64,000 nt of DNA from Camelus ferus (Eukaryota): contig NC_045697.1 of assembly GCF_009834535.1 (NCBI RefSeq), forward strand, positions 120,964,001 through 121,028,000. Direction: 5' to 3'. The notes below the pieces were generated by a model, which was given only the letters and a program-made list of their open reading frames with translations, did not search any database and was not told the origin of the DNA. Below are positions 1 to 12,500 of this stretch, piece after piece; positions within the stretch are counted from its first letter, which is position 1, and the number at the start of each line of letters is the position of its first letter. The position numbers and the translations under genes were made by a program.

Positions 1-3000
1 CAGAAATGCTGAATAAGGCCGAGTGTGTGAGGGAGGTATGGGATCACACTCCACGCAGCTGCCTGGTGACACAGGTGTTCCCTGGCAGTGGGAATTTAAC
101 TAATTTCCTCCCCTGTCCAGGGGGAGGCACTAAGTGATACCTGCTTTTCCAGCACAACCCCCGCCTTTCCCGGCATCCCGCACTAGGAGAAACTCGGGGA
201 AGACACGCGGAGGGCTCCTAGGAGATCCCAGGCTCTGCAGACAGAGTACGGACCTCCCCACACTCAGAATTCCGGAACACGGCCGAGTGTGTTGGGGAGG
301 TTTGGGGCCGCCCTCCACGCAGCTGCCTACTGTCACAGGTGTTCTCTGGCAGGCGTAAGTCCGCTAATTACCTCCCCTGTGCAGGGGGATGCCCTAGATG
401 CTACTTGCATTTCCACCCCAACCCCTGCCTTTCCCCGGCAGCTCGCAGGAGACACTCGGGGAAGACAGGCGGAGAGCTCCTAGGAGTTCCCAGGCGTTGA
501 AGACAGAGGTCGGAACATCCCCACAGTCAGAATTCTGGAATGCGGCCGTTGGGTCCGGGAGGTCTGGGGCAGCCAACAATGCAGCTGCCTGGTGTCACAT
601 GTTTTCCCTGGCATGAGGAATTCCGCTAATATCTCTCCTGTCACGGGAGAGGCACTAGATGCTACCTGTATTTCCAGCCCAATCCCCGCATTTCCACTGC
701 AGAGCGCACAAGGAGAAACTCGGGGAATAGACACGGAGGGCTCCTAGGAGATCCCAGTCTCTGCAGACATAGGACGGAACCTCCCCACACTCAGAATTAC
801 GGAACACGACTTGTGGGTTGGGGGAGATTTGGGGCTGCCCTCCACGCAGCTGCCTACTTTCACAGGTGTTCTCTGGCAGGGGTAAGTCCGCTAATTACCT
901 CCCCTTTCCAGGGGGATGCCCTAGATGCTACCTGCATTTCCAGCCCAACCCCCGTCTTTCCCCGGCAGCCCGCACAAGGAGACACTCGGGGAAGACACGT
1001 GGAGTACTCCTAGGAGATCCCAGGCGCTGAAGACAGAGGTCGGAACATCCCCACAGTCAGAATTCTGGAATACGGCCGTTGGGTCGGGGAGGTCTGGGGC
1101 AGCCATCAATGCAGCTGCCTGGTGTCACATGTTTTCCCTGGCATGAGGAATTCCGCTAATACCTCTCCTGTCTAGGGAGAGGCACTAGATGCTACCTGCA
1201 TTTCCAGCACAACCCCCGCATTTCCCTTGCAGCCCGCACTAGGAGACATTCGGGAAGACACGCGGAGCGCTCCTAGGTGATCCCAGGCGCTGCAGACAGA
1301 GTACGGAACCTCCTCACACTCAGAATACCGGAACGCGGCCGAGTGGGTGGGGGAGGATTGGGGCCGCCCTCCACGCAGCTGCCTGGTGTCACAGGTGTTC
1401 CCTGGAATTGGGATGTCCGCTAATTACCTCCCCTGACCACGGGGTGGAACTACATGCAACCTGTTTTGCCAGCCCAACCCCAATCTTTCCCTGGAATCCC
1501 GCAATACAATACACTCGGGGAAGACACGCGGAGGGCTCCTAGGAGATTCCACGCGCTGCAGAGAAAAGACCGAACCTCCCCAAACTCAGAAGTCAGGAAC
1601 GCGGCGGAGATTTTGGGGGAGGTTTGGGGACCCCATCCACGAAGCTACCTGGGGTCAAATTTGTTCCCTGGCAGTGGAAATTCCGCTAATTAGATCCCCT
1701 GTCCAGGGGGAGGCACTAGATGCTACCTGCATTTCCAGCCCAACCCCCGAATTTCCCCAGCACCCCGCACTAGGACACACTCGGGGAAGACACTCGGAGT
1801 CCTACTACGAGATCCCAGGCGCTGCAGACAGCGGACGGAACCTCCCAACACTCAGAAATGCTGAATAAGGCCGAGTGTGTGAGGGAGGTTTGGGATCACA
1901 CTCCACGCAGCTGCCTGGTGACACAGGTGTTCCCTGGCAGTGGGAAGTTAACTAATTTCCTCCCCTGTCCAGGGGGAGGCACTAAGTGATACCTGCTTTT
2001 CCAGCACAACCCCCGCCTTTCCCGGCATCCCGCACTAGGAGACACTCGGGGAAGACACGCGGAGGGCTCCTAGGAGATCCCAGGCTCTGCAGACAGAGTA
2101 CGGACCTCCCCACACTCAGAATTCCGGAACACGGCCGAGTTGATTGGGGAGATTTGTGGCCGCCCTCCACGAAGCTGCCTGGTATCACATGTGTTCCCTG
2201 GCAGGTGGAAGTCCGCTAAATACATCCCCTGTCCAGGGGGAGGCACTAGATGCTACCTGCAATTCCAGCACAACACCAGGATTTCCCTGCAGCTCGCACT
2301 AGGAGACACTCGGGGAATACACGTGGAGGCTCCTAGGTGATCCCAGGTGCTGCAGAGAGAATACGGAACCTCCCCACACTCAGAATTCCGTAACGCGTCC
2401 GAGTGGGTGGGGGAGGATTGGGGCCGCCTTCCACGCAGCTGCCTGATTTCACAGGTGTTCCCTGGCAGGGGGAATACCGCTAATTCCCACCCCTGTCCAG
2501 GGGGTGAAACTACATGCTACCTGAATTTCCAGCCCATCCCCCGCATTTCCCTGTCTGCCCGCATTAGGAGACACTCGGGGAAGGCACGCGGAGGGCTCCT
2601 ATGAGATCTCAGGCTCTGCAGACAGAGGACGGAACCTCCCCAAACTCAGAATTCCAGAACAAGTCCGAGTGGGTGTGGGAGATTTGGGGCCACACTCCAC
2701 GCAGCTGCCTCTTTTCACAGGTGTTCCCTGGCAGGTTGAAATCCGCTAATTACCTTCCCCGTCCAGGGGGAGGCACTACATGCTAACTGGATTTCCAGCC
2801 CAACCCCCGCCTTTCCCCGGCTCCCCGCACTAGGATACACTCGGGGAAGGCACGCGGATGGCTCCTAGGAGATCTCAGGCGCTGCAGACAGAAGAAGGAA
2901 CCTCCCCACAATCAGAATTCCGTAACGCGGCCGAGTTGGTTGGCGAGGTTTGGTGCCGCCCTCCGCGCAACTGTCTGTTATCACATGTGTTCCCTGGCTG

Positions 3001-6000
3001 GGGGAAATCCTCTAACTACCTCCCCTGTCCAGGGGGAGGCACTAGATTCTACCTGCATTTCCAGCCCAACCACCTCCTTTCCCCGGCCTCCCGCACTAGG
3101 AGACACAAGGAGAAGACACGCGGAGGGCTCCTAGGAGATCCCAAGTGCTGCAGAGAGAAGACCGAACCTCCCCACACTCAGAAGTCCGGAAAGCGGCCGA
3201 GCTTGTGGGGGAGGTTTGGGGCCCCCCTACAAGAAGCTGCCTGGTGTCACAGGTGTTCCATGGTAGGGGGAATTCCGCTTTTACCTCTCCTGTCCAGGTT
3301 GTGTCCCTAGATTCTACCTGCAATTCCAGCACTACACCCGCCTTTCCCTGCAGCCCGAACTAGGAGACACTCGGGGAATACACGCGGAGGGCTCCTATGA
3401 GATCTCAGGCGCTGCAGACAGATGGCGGAACCTCCCCACACTTAGAATTCTGGAACACGGCAGAGTGGGTGGGGGAGGTTTGGGGCCGCCCTCCGCGCAA
3501 CTGTCTGGTGTCACATGTGTTCCCTGGCTGGGGGAAGTCCTCTAACTACCTCCCCTGTCCAGGGGGAGGCACTAGATTCTACCTGCATTTCCAGCCCAAC
3601 CGCCTCCTTTCCCCGGCCTCCCGCACTAGGAGACACAAGGGGAAGACACGCGGAGGGCTCCTAGGAGATCCCAAGTGCTGCAGAGAGAAGACCGAACTTC
3701 ACCACACTCAGAAGTCCGGAAAGCGGCCGAGCTTGTGTGGGAGGTTTGGGGCCCCCCTACAAGAAGCTGCCTGGTGTCACAGGTGTTCCATGGCAGGGGG
3801 AATTCCGCTTTAACCTCTCCTGTCCAGGTTGTGTCCCTAGATTCTACCTGCAATTCCAGCATTACACCCGCCTTTCCCTGCAGCCCGAACTAGGAGACAC
3901 TCGGGGAATACACGCGGAGGGCTCCTATGAGATCTCAGGCGCTGCAGACAGATGGCGGAACCTCCCCACACTTAGAATTCTGGAACACGGCAGAGTGGGT
4001 GGGGGAGGTTTGGGGCCGCCCTTCGCGCATCTGCCTTGTGTCACAGGTGTTCAATGGCAGGGGGAATTCCGCTAATTACCTCCCCTGTCCAGGGGGAGGC
4101 ACTATATGCTACCTGCTTTTCCAGGACAAAACCCGCTTTTCCCTGGCAGCCCATAATAGGTGACACTCTGGGAATTCACGCGAAGGGCTCCTAGGAGATC
4201 CCACGCGCTGCAGAGTGAAGACCGAACCTCCCCACACTCAGATGTCCGGAACGCGACGGAGTTTGTGCGGGAGGTTTGGGTCTTCCATCCACGAAGTTAC
4301 CTGGTGTCACAGGTGTTCCCTGCAGGGGGAAGTCCGCTAATTACCTCCACTGTCCAGGGGGAGACACTAGATTCTACCTGCTTTTCCAGCACAACCCCCG
4401 CCTTTCCCCAGTAGCCCGCAAAAGTAGACACTCGGGAAGACACGCGGAGGGCTCCTAGGGGATCCCAGGCGCTGTAGAAAAAAGACCGAACCTACCCACA
4501 CTCAGAATTCCGGAACGCGGCCCAGTGGGTGGGGGAGGATTGGGGCCGCCCTCCCCGCAGCTGCCTGGTGTCACAGGTGTTCTCTGGAAGGGGGATGTCC
4601 GCTAATTACCTCCCCTGACCACGGGGTGGAACTACATGCAACCTGTTTTTCCAGGCCAACCCCACTCATTCGCTGGAATACATCAATACAATACACTCGG
4701 GGAAAACACGGCGAGGGCTGCTAGGAGATCCCCTGTGCTGCAGAGAAGACTGAACCTCCCCAAACTCAGAAGTCAGGAACGCGGCGGAGATTGTAGGGGA
4801 GGTTTGGGGCCTCCATCCACGAAGCTACCTGGGGTCACAGGTGTTCCCTGGCAGGGGGAACTCCGCTAATAACCTCCACAGTCGATGGGGAGGCACTAGA
4901 TTCTACCTGCGTTTCCAGCACAACGCCCGCCTTTCCCCGGTAGCCCGCACAAGGAGACACTCGGGGAAGACACGCGGAGTGTTCCCAGGACGTCCCAAGC
5001 GCTGCAGACAGAGGACGGAACCTCCCCAATCTCAGAATTCCGGAACGCGGGTGGGAAATGTTTAGGCCCGACCTCCACGCAGCTGCCTGGTGTCACAGGT
5101 ATTCCCTTGCAGGGGGAAGTCCAATAATTACCTCCCCTGTCCAAGGGGAGGCACTAAATGTTACCTGCATTTCCAGCCCAACCAACGAATTTCCCCAGCA
5201 CCCCGCACTACGTTAAACTCGGGGAAGACACGCGGAGGGCTCCCAGGAGATCACAGGCGCTGCAGATAGAAGAAGGATCCTCCTCACACTCAGAATTCCA
5301 AAACGCGGCCGAGTTATTGGGGGAGGTTTGGGGCCGCCCTTCACGCAGCTGCGTGGTGTCACATGTGATCCTTGATGGGAAATCCGCTAATTACCTCCAC
5401 TATCCAGGGGGAGGCACTACATGCTACCTGCTTTTCCAGCACAACGCCGGTTTTCCCCGGCATCCCGCAATAGGAGACACTCTGGAAGACACGTGGAGGG
5501 CTCCTAGGTGATACCAGGCGCTTCAGACCAAAGACGGGACCTCCCCACACTCAGAATTCCAGAACGAGTCCGAATGTGTGTGGGAGGTTTGGGGACGCCC
5601 TTCACGCAGCTGCGTGGTGTCACATGTGTTCCTTGATGGGAAATCTGCTAATTACCTCCCCTGTCCAGAGGGAGGCACTACATGCTACCTGCATTTCCAG
5701 CCCAACCCCCAATTTTCCACGGCAGCCCGCACTAGTAGACACTCTGGGAAGACACGCGGAGGGCGCCTAAGTGATCCCAGTCGCTGCAGACAGAGGACGG
5801 ACCTCACCACACTCAGAATTCCGGAACGCGACCGAGTGGGTCAGGGAGGTTTGGGGCCGCCCTCCACGAACCTGCCTAGTGTCACAGGTGTTCCCTGGCA
5901 GGGGAAAGTCCGCTAATTACCTCACCTGTCCTGGAGGAGGCACTACATGCTACCTGCGTTTCCAGCACAACCCGCGAATTTCCCCGGAAGCCCGCACAAG

Positions 6001-6480
6001 GAGAGAATCGGGGAAGACACGCAAATGGTTCCAAGGACGTCCCAGGCGCTGCAGACAGAGGACGGAACCTCCCCAAACTCAGAATTCCGGAACGCGGCCG
6101 AGTGTGTGGGAAAGGTTTGGGCACGCCATCCTCCAAGCGGCCTGGTGTCACAGGTGTTCCCTGACAGGGGGATTTCCGCTAATTACCTCCCCAGTCCACG
6201 GGGAGGCACTACATGTTACCTGCTTTTCCATCACAACCCCCGAATTTCCCGGGCAGCTCGCACTAGGAGACACTCGGTGAAGACACGCGTAGGGCTCCTA
6301 GGAGATCTCAGGCGCTGCAGACAGAAGAAGGAACCCCCCCACACTGAGAAATCCGGAACGCGGCCGAGTTGGTTGGGTAAGTTTGGTGCCGCACTCCACG
6401 AATCTGCCTGGTGTCACATTTGTTCCATTTCAAGGGGAATTCCGCTATTTACCTCCCCTGTCCAGGGGGAGGCACTAGAT
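1..6480 (+). repeat. Diverged, mostly monomeric satellite zone with local dimer and 7-mer duplications
   Basis: No long near-identical period. Short duplications at offsets 527 (ORFs 398/925), 530 (3096/3626, 3397/3927) and 1852 (130/1982). Confidence 0.85.
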
Positions 6481-6560
6481 GCTATCTGCATTTCCAGCCC
6501 GACCCCCGCATTTCCCCAGCATCCCGCATTAGGAGACACTCGGGGAAGACACGCGGAGGG

Positions 6561-9500
6561 CTCCTAGGTAATCCCAGGCGCTGCAGAGAGAGTACGGCAC
6601 CTCCCCACACTCAGAAATCCTGAACGCGGCCGAGTGGTTGGTTTGAGGTTTGGGGCCGACCTCCAAGCAGCTGCCTGGTGTCACAGGTGTTCCCTGGCAG
6701 GGGGAAGACCGCTAATTACCACCCCTGTCCAGGGGGAGAAACTACATGCTACCTGATTTTCCAGCCCAACCCCCGCATTTCCCTGTCTGCCCGCACTAGG
6801 AGACACTCGGGGAAGGCACGAGGAGGGCTCCTATGAGATCTCAGGCGCTGCAGACATAGGACGGAACCTCCCCACACTCAGAATTCCAGAACAAGGCCGA
6901 GTGGGTGTGGGAGGTTTGGGTCCGCCCTCCACGCAGCTGCCTCTTGTCACAGGTGTTCCCTGGCAGGTTGAAGTACGCTAAATACCTTCCCCGTCCAGGG
7001 GGAGGCACTACATGCTACCTGGATTTCCAGCCCAACCCCCGCCTTTCCCCGGCTCCCCGCACTTGGATACACTCGGGGAAGGCACGCGGAGGGCTCCTAG
7101 GTGATCCCAGGCGCTACAGACAGAGTACGGACCTCCCCACACTCAGAAATCTGGAACGCAGCCGAGTAGGTGGGAGAGGTTTGGTTCAGCACTCCACGCA
7201 GCTGCCTGGTGTCAAATGTGTTCCCTTGCAGGGGAAATCTGCTAATTACCTCCACTATCCAGGGGGAGGCACTACATGCTACCTGCTTTTCCAGCCCAAC
7301 GCCCGTTTTCCCGGCATTCCGCACTAGGAGACACTCTGGAAGACACGTGGATGGCTCCTAGGTGATACCAGGCGCTTCAGACCGAAGACGGGACCTCCCC
7401 ACACTCAGAATTCCGGAACGAGTCCGAATGTCTGTGGGAGATTTGGGGCCGCCCTTCACGCAGCTGCGTGGTGTCACATGTGTTCCTTGATGGGAAATTC
7501 GCTAATTACCTCCCCTGTCCAGAGGGAGGCACTACATGCTACCTGCATTTCCAGCCCAACCCACAATTTTCCCCGGCAGCCCGCACTAGGAGACACTCTG
7601 GGAAGACATGCGGAGGGCGCCTAAGTGATCCCAGTCGGTGCAGACAGAGGACGGACCTCACGACACTCAGAAATCCGGAACGCGGCCGAATGGGTCAGGG
7701 AGGTTTGGGGCCGCCCTCCACGAACCTGCCTAGTGTCACAGGTGTTCCCTGGCGGGGGAAAGTCCGCTAATTACCTCCCCTGTCCAGGGGGAGGCACTAG
7801 ATGCTATCTGCATTTCCAGCCCGACCCCCGCATTTCCCCAGCATCCCGCATTAGGAGACACTCCGGGAAGACACGCGGAGGGCTCCTAGGTGATCCCAGG
7901 TGCTGCAGAGAGAGTACGGCACCTCCCCAAACTCAGAAATCCTGAACAAGGCCGAGTGGTTGGTTGAGGTTTGGGGCCGACCTCCACGCAGCTGCCTGGT
8001 GTCACAGGTGTTCCCTGGCAGGGGGAATTCCGCTAATTACCTCCCCTGTCCAGGGAGAGGCACTACATGCTACCTGCATTTCCAGCACAAGCCCCGCCAT
8101 TCCCCGGCTCGCAGCACTAGGATACACTAGGGGAAGACACGCGGAGGGCTCCTAGAGATCCCAGTCGCTGCAGACAGAGTACGGAACTTCCCCACACTCA
8201 GAATCCCGGAACGCGGGCCGAGTGGGTGGTGTAGGTTTGCCATAACCCCACACGCAGCAGCCTGGTGTCACAGGTGTTCCCTGGAGGGGGGAAATTCGCT
8301 AATTACCTACCCTGTCCAGGGGGAGGCACTACAAGCTACCTGCATTTCCAGCCCAACCCCCGCCTTTCCCCGGGTTCCCGCACTAGGGGACACTCGGTGA
8401 AGACACGCGGAGGGCACCTGGGAGATCCCAGGCGCAGCAGACTGATTACGGAACCTCCCCACACTCAGAATTCCAGAACAAGGCCGAGTGGGTGTGGGAT
8501 TTTTGGGGCCGCCCTCCACGCAGCTGACTCTTGTCACAGGTGTTCCCTGGCAGGGGGAATTCCGCTAATTACCTTCCCTGTCCAGGGTGAGGCACTATAT
8601 GCTACCTGCTTTTCCAGGACAAAAACCGCATTTCCCCGGCAGTCCATACTAGGTGACACTCTGGGAAGTCACGAGGAGGGCTCCTAGGAGATCCCACATG
8701 CTGCAGAAAGAAGACCGAACCTCCCCACACTCAGATGACCGGAACGCGGCGGAGTTTGTGCGGGAGGTTTGGGTCTTCCATCCACGAAGCTAAATGGTGT
8801 CACAGGTGTTCCCTGGCATTGGGAAGTCCGCTAATTACCTCCACTGACCAGGGGGAGACACTAGATTCTACCTGCTTTTCCAGCCCAACCCCCGCCTTTC
8901 ACCAGTAGCCCGCAAAAGGAGACACTCGGGGAAGACACGCGGAGGGCTCCTAGGAGACCCCAGGCGCTGCAGAAAGAAGACCGAACCTCCCCACACTCAG
9001 AATTCCGGAACAAGCCCGAGTGGGTTTGGGAGGTTTGGGGACGCCCTCCACGCAGCTGCCTGGTGTCACAGGTGTTCCCTGGAAGGGGGAAGTCCGCTAA
9101 TTACCTCCCCTGTTCAGGGGGAGGCACTACAGGCTACCTGCATTTCCAGCCCTACCCCCACCCTTCCCCGGCATCCAGCAAGAGGAGACACTCGGGGAAG
9201 ACATGCGGAGTGCTCCTAGGAGATCCCAGGAGCTGAAGAGAGAGTACAGAACTTCCTCACCCTCAGAATAACGGAACACGGACGAGTGTTTTCGGGAGGT
9301 TTGGGTCCGACCTCCACGCAGCTGCCTTGTGTCACAGGTGTTCCAAGCCAGGGGGAACTCCGCTTTTACCTCTCCTGTCCAGGGGGATTCCCTAGATGCT
9401 ACCTGCAATTCCAGCACAACACCAGGCTTTCACTGCATCCCACACTAGGAGACACTCGGGGAATACACGTGGAGGGCTCCTAGGTGATCCCAGGTGCTGC

Positions 9501-12500
9501 AGAGAGAATACGGAACCTCCCGACACTCAGAATTCCGTAACGCGGCCGAGTGGGTGGGGGAGGTTTGGGGCAGCCCTCCAGGCAGCTTCCTGGTGTCACA
9601 GGTGTTCCCTGGCAGGGGGAAGACCTCTAATTACCACCCCTTTCCAGGGGGAGGCACTATATGCTACCTGTTTTTCCAGGACAAAACCCGCTTTTCCCCG
9701 GCAGTCCATACTAGGTGACACTCTGGGAAGTCACGAGGAGGGCTCCTAGGAGATCCCACATGCTGCAGAAAGAAGACCGAACCTCCCCACACTCAGATGA
9801 CCGGAACGCGGCGGAGTTTGTGCGGGAGGTTTGGGTCTTCCATCCACGAAGCTAAATGGTGTCACAGGTGTTCCCTGGCATTGGGAAGTCCGCTAATTAC
9901 CTCCACTGACCAGGGGGAGACACTAGATTCTACCTGCTTTTCCAGCCCAACCCCCGCCTTTCCCCAGTAACCCGCAAAAGGAGACACTCGGGGAAGACAC
10001 GCGGAGGGCTCCTAGGAGACCCCAGGCGCTGCAGAAAGAAGACCGAACCTCCCCACACTCAGAATTCCGGAACAAGCCCGAGTGGGTGTGGGAGGTTTGG
10101 GGACGCCCTCCACGCAGCTGCTTGTTGTCACAGGTGTTCCCTGGCAGGGGGAATTCCGCTAATTACCTCCCCTGTCCAGGAGGAGTCACTAGATGCTACC
10201 TGCATATCCAGCAAAACCCCCGCCTTTCACGGCTCCCCGTAAAAGGAGACACTATGGGAAGGCACGTGGATGGCTCCTAGGAGATCCCAGGGGCTGGAGA
10301 TTGAAGATCAAACCTCCCCAAACTCAGAATTCCGGAATGCGCCCGAGTGGGTGGGGGAGGTTTGGGACCGAAACCCACGAAGCTGCCGGGTGTTAAATGT
10401 GTTCTCTGGCAGGGGGAAGTCCGCTAATTACCTCCCCTGTCCAGGGGGAGGCGCTACATGCTACCTGCCTTTCCAGCCCAACACCAGCATTTCCCCGGCA
10501 CACTGCACTAGGATACACTCGGTGAAGATAGGCGGAGGGCTCCTAGGAGATCCCAGGTGCTGCAGAGAGAGTACGGCACCTCCCCAAACTCAGAAATCCT
10601 GAACAAGGCCGAGTGGTTGGTTGAGGTTTGGGGCCGACCTCCACGCAGCTGCCTGGTGTCACAGGTGTTCCCTGGCAGGGGGAATTCCGCTAATTACCTC
10701 CCCTGTCCAGGGAGAGGCACTACATGCTACCTGCATTTCCAGCACAAGCCCCGCCATTCCCCGGCTCCCAGCACTAGGATACACTAGGGGAAGACACGCG
10801 GAGGGCTCCTAGAGATCCCAGGCGCTGCAGACAGAGTACGGAACTTCCCCACACTCAGAATCCCGGAACGCGGCCGAGTGGGTGGTGTAGGTTTGCCATA
10901 ACCACACACGCAGCAGCCTGGTGTCACAGGTGTTCCCTGGAGGGGGGAAATTCGCTAATTACCTACCCTGTCCAGAGGGAGGCACTACAAGCTACCTGCA
11001 TTTCCAGCCCGACCCCCGCATTTCCCCAGCATCCCGCATTAGGAGACACTCGGGGAAGACACGCGGAGGGCTCCTAGGTAATCCCAGGCGCTGCAGAGAG
11101 AGTACGGCACCTCCCCACACTCAGAAATCCTGAACGCGGCCGAGTGGTTGGTTGAGGTTTGGGGCCGACCTCCAAGCAGCTGCCTGGTGTCACAGGTGTT
11201 CCCTGGCAGGGGGAAGACCGCTAATTACCACCCCTGTCCAGGGGGAGAAACTACATGCTACCTGATTTTCCAGCCCAACCCCCGCATTTCCCTGTCTGCC
11301 TGCACTAGGAGACACTCGGGGAAGGCACGAGGAGGGCTCCTATGAGATCTCAGGCGCTGCAGACATAGGACGGAACCTCCCCACACTCAGAATTCCAGAA
11401 CAAGGCCGAGTGGGTGTGGGAGGTTTGGGTCCGCCCTCCACGCAGCTGCCTCTTGTCACAGGTGTTCCCTGGCAGGTTGAAGTACGCTAAATACCTTCCC
11501 CGTCCAGGGGGAGGCACTACATGCTACCTGGATTTCCAGCCCAACCCCCGCCTTTCCCCGGCTCCCCGCACTTGGATACACTCGGGGAAGGCACGCGGAG
11601 GGCTCCTAGGTGATCCCAGGCGCTGCAGACAGAGTACGGACCTCCCCACACTCAGAAATCTGGAACGCAGCCGAGTAGGTGGGAGAGGTTTGGTTCAGCA
11701 CTCCACGCAGCTGCCTGGTGTCAAATGTGTTCCCTTGCAGGGGAAATCTGCTAATTACCTCCACTATCCAGGGGGAGGCACTACATGCTACCTGCTTTTC
11801 CAGCCCAACGCCCGTTTTCCCGGCATTCCGCACTAGGAGACACTCTGGAAGACACGTGGATGGCTCCTAGGTGATACCAGGCGCTTCAGACCGAAGACGG
11901 GACCTCCCCACACTCAGAATTCCGGAACGAGTCCGAATGTCTGTGGGAGATTTGGGGCCGCCCTTCACGCAGCTGCGTGGTGTCACATGTGTTCCTTGAT
12001 GGGAAATTCGCTAATTACCTCCCCTGTCCAGAGGGAGGCACTACATGCTACCTGCATTTCCAGCCCAACCCACAATTTTCCCCGGCAGCCCGCACTAGGA
12101 GACACTCTGGGAAGACATGCGGAGGGCGCCTAAGTGATCCCAGTCGGTGCAGACAGAGGACGGACCTCACGACACTCAGAATCCGGAACGCGGCCGAATG
12201 GGTCAGGGAGGTTTGGGGCCGCCCTCCACGAACCTGCCTAGTGTCACAGGTGTTCCCTGGCGGGGGAAAGTCCGCTAATTACCTCCCCTGTCCAGGGGGA
12301 GGCACTAGATGCTATCTGCATTTCCAGCCCGACCCCCGCATTTCCCCAGCATCCCGCATTAGGAGACACTCGGGGAAGACACGCGGAGGGCTCCTAGGTA
12401 ATCCCAGGCGCTGCAGAGAGAGTACGGCACCTCCCCACACTCAGAAATCCTGAACGCGGCCGAGTGGTTGGTTGAGGTTTGGGGCCGACCTCCAAGCAGC

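Noticed and set aside
7710..7724. CENP-B-box-like motif GCCGCCCTCCACGAA (compare reverse-strand core CCCGNNTNNNNCGAA)
   Set aside because: Only 7 of the 9 essential positions match, and most monomers read CGCA rather than CGAA. I found no full box by eye; a pattern search would be needed to exclude rare ones.
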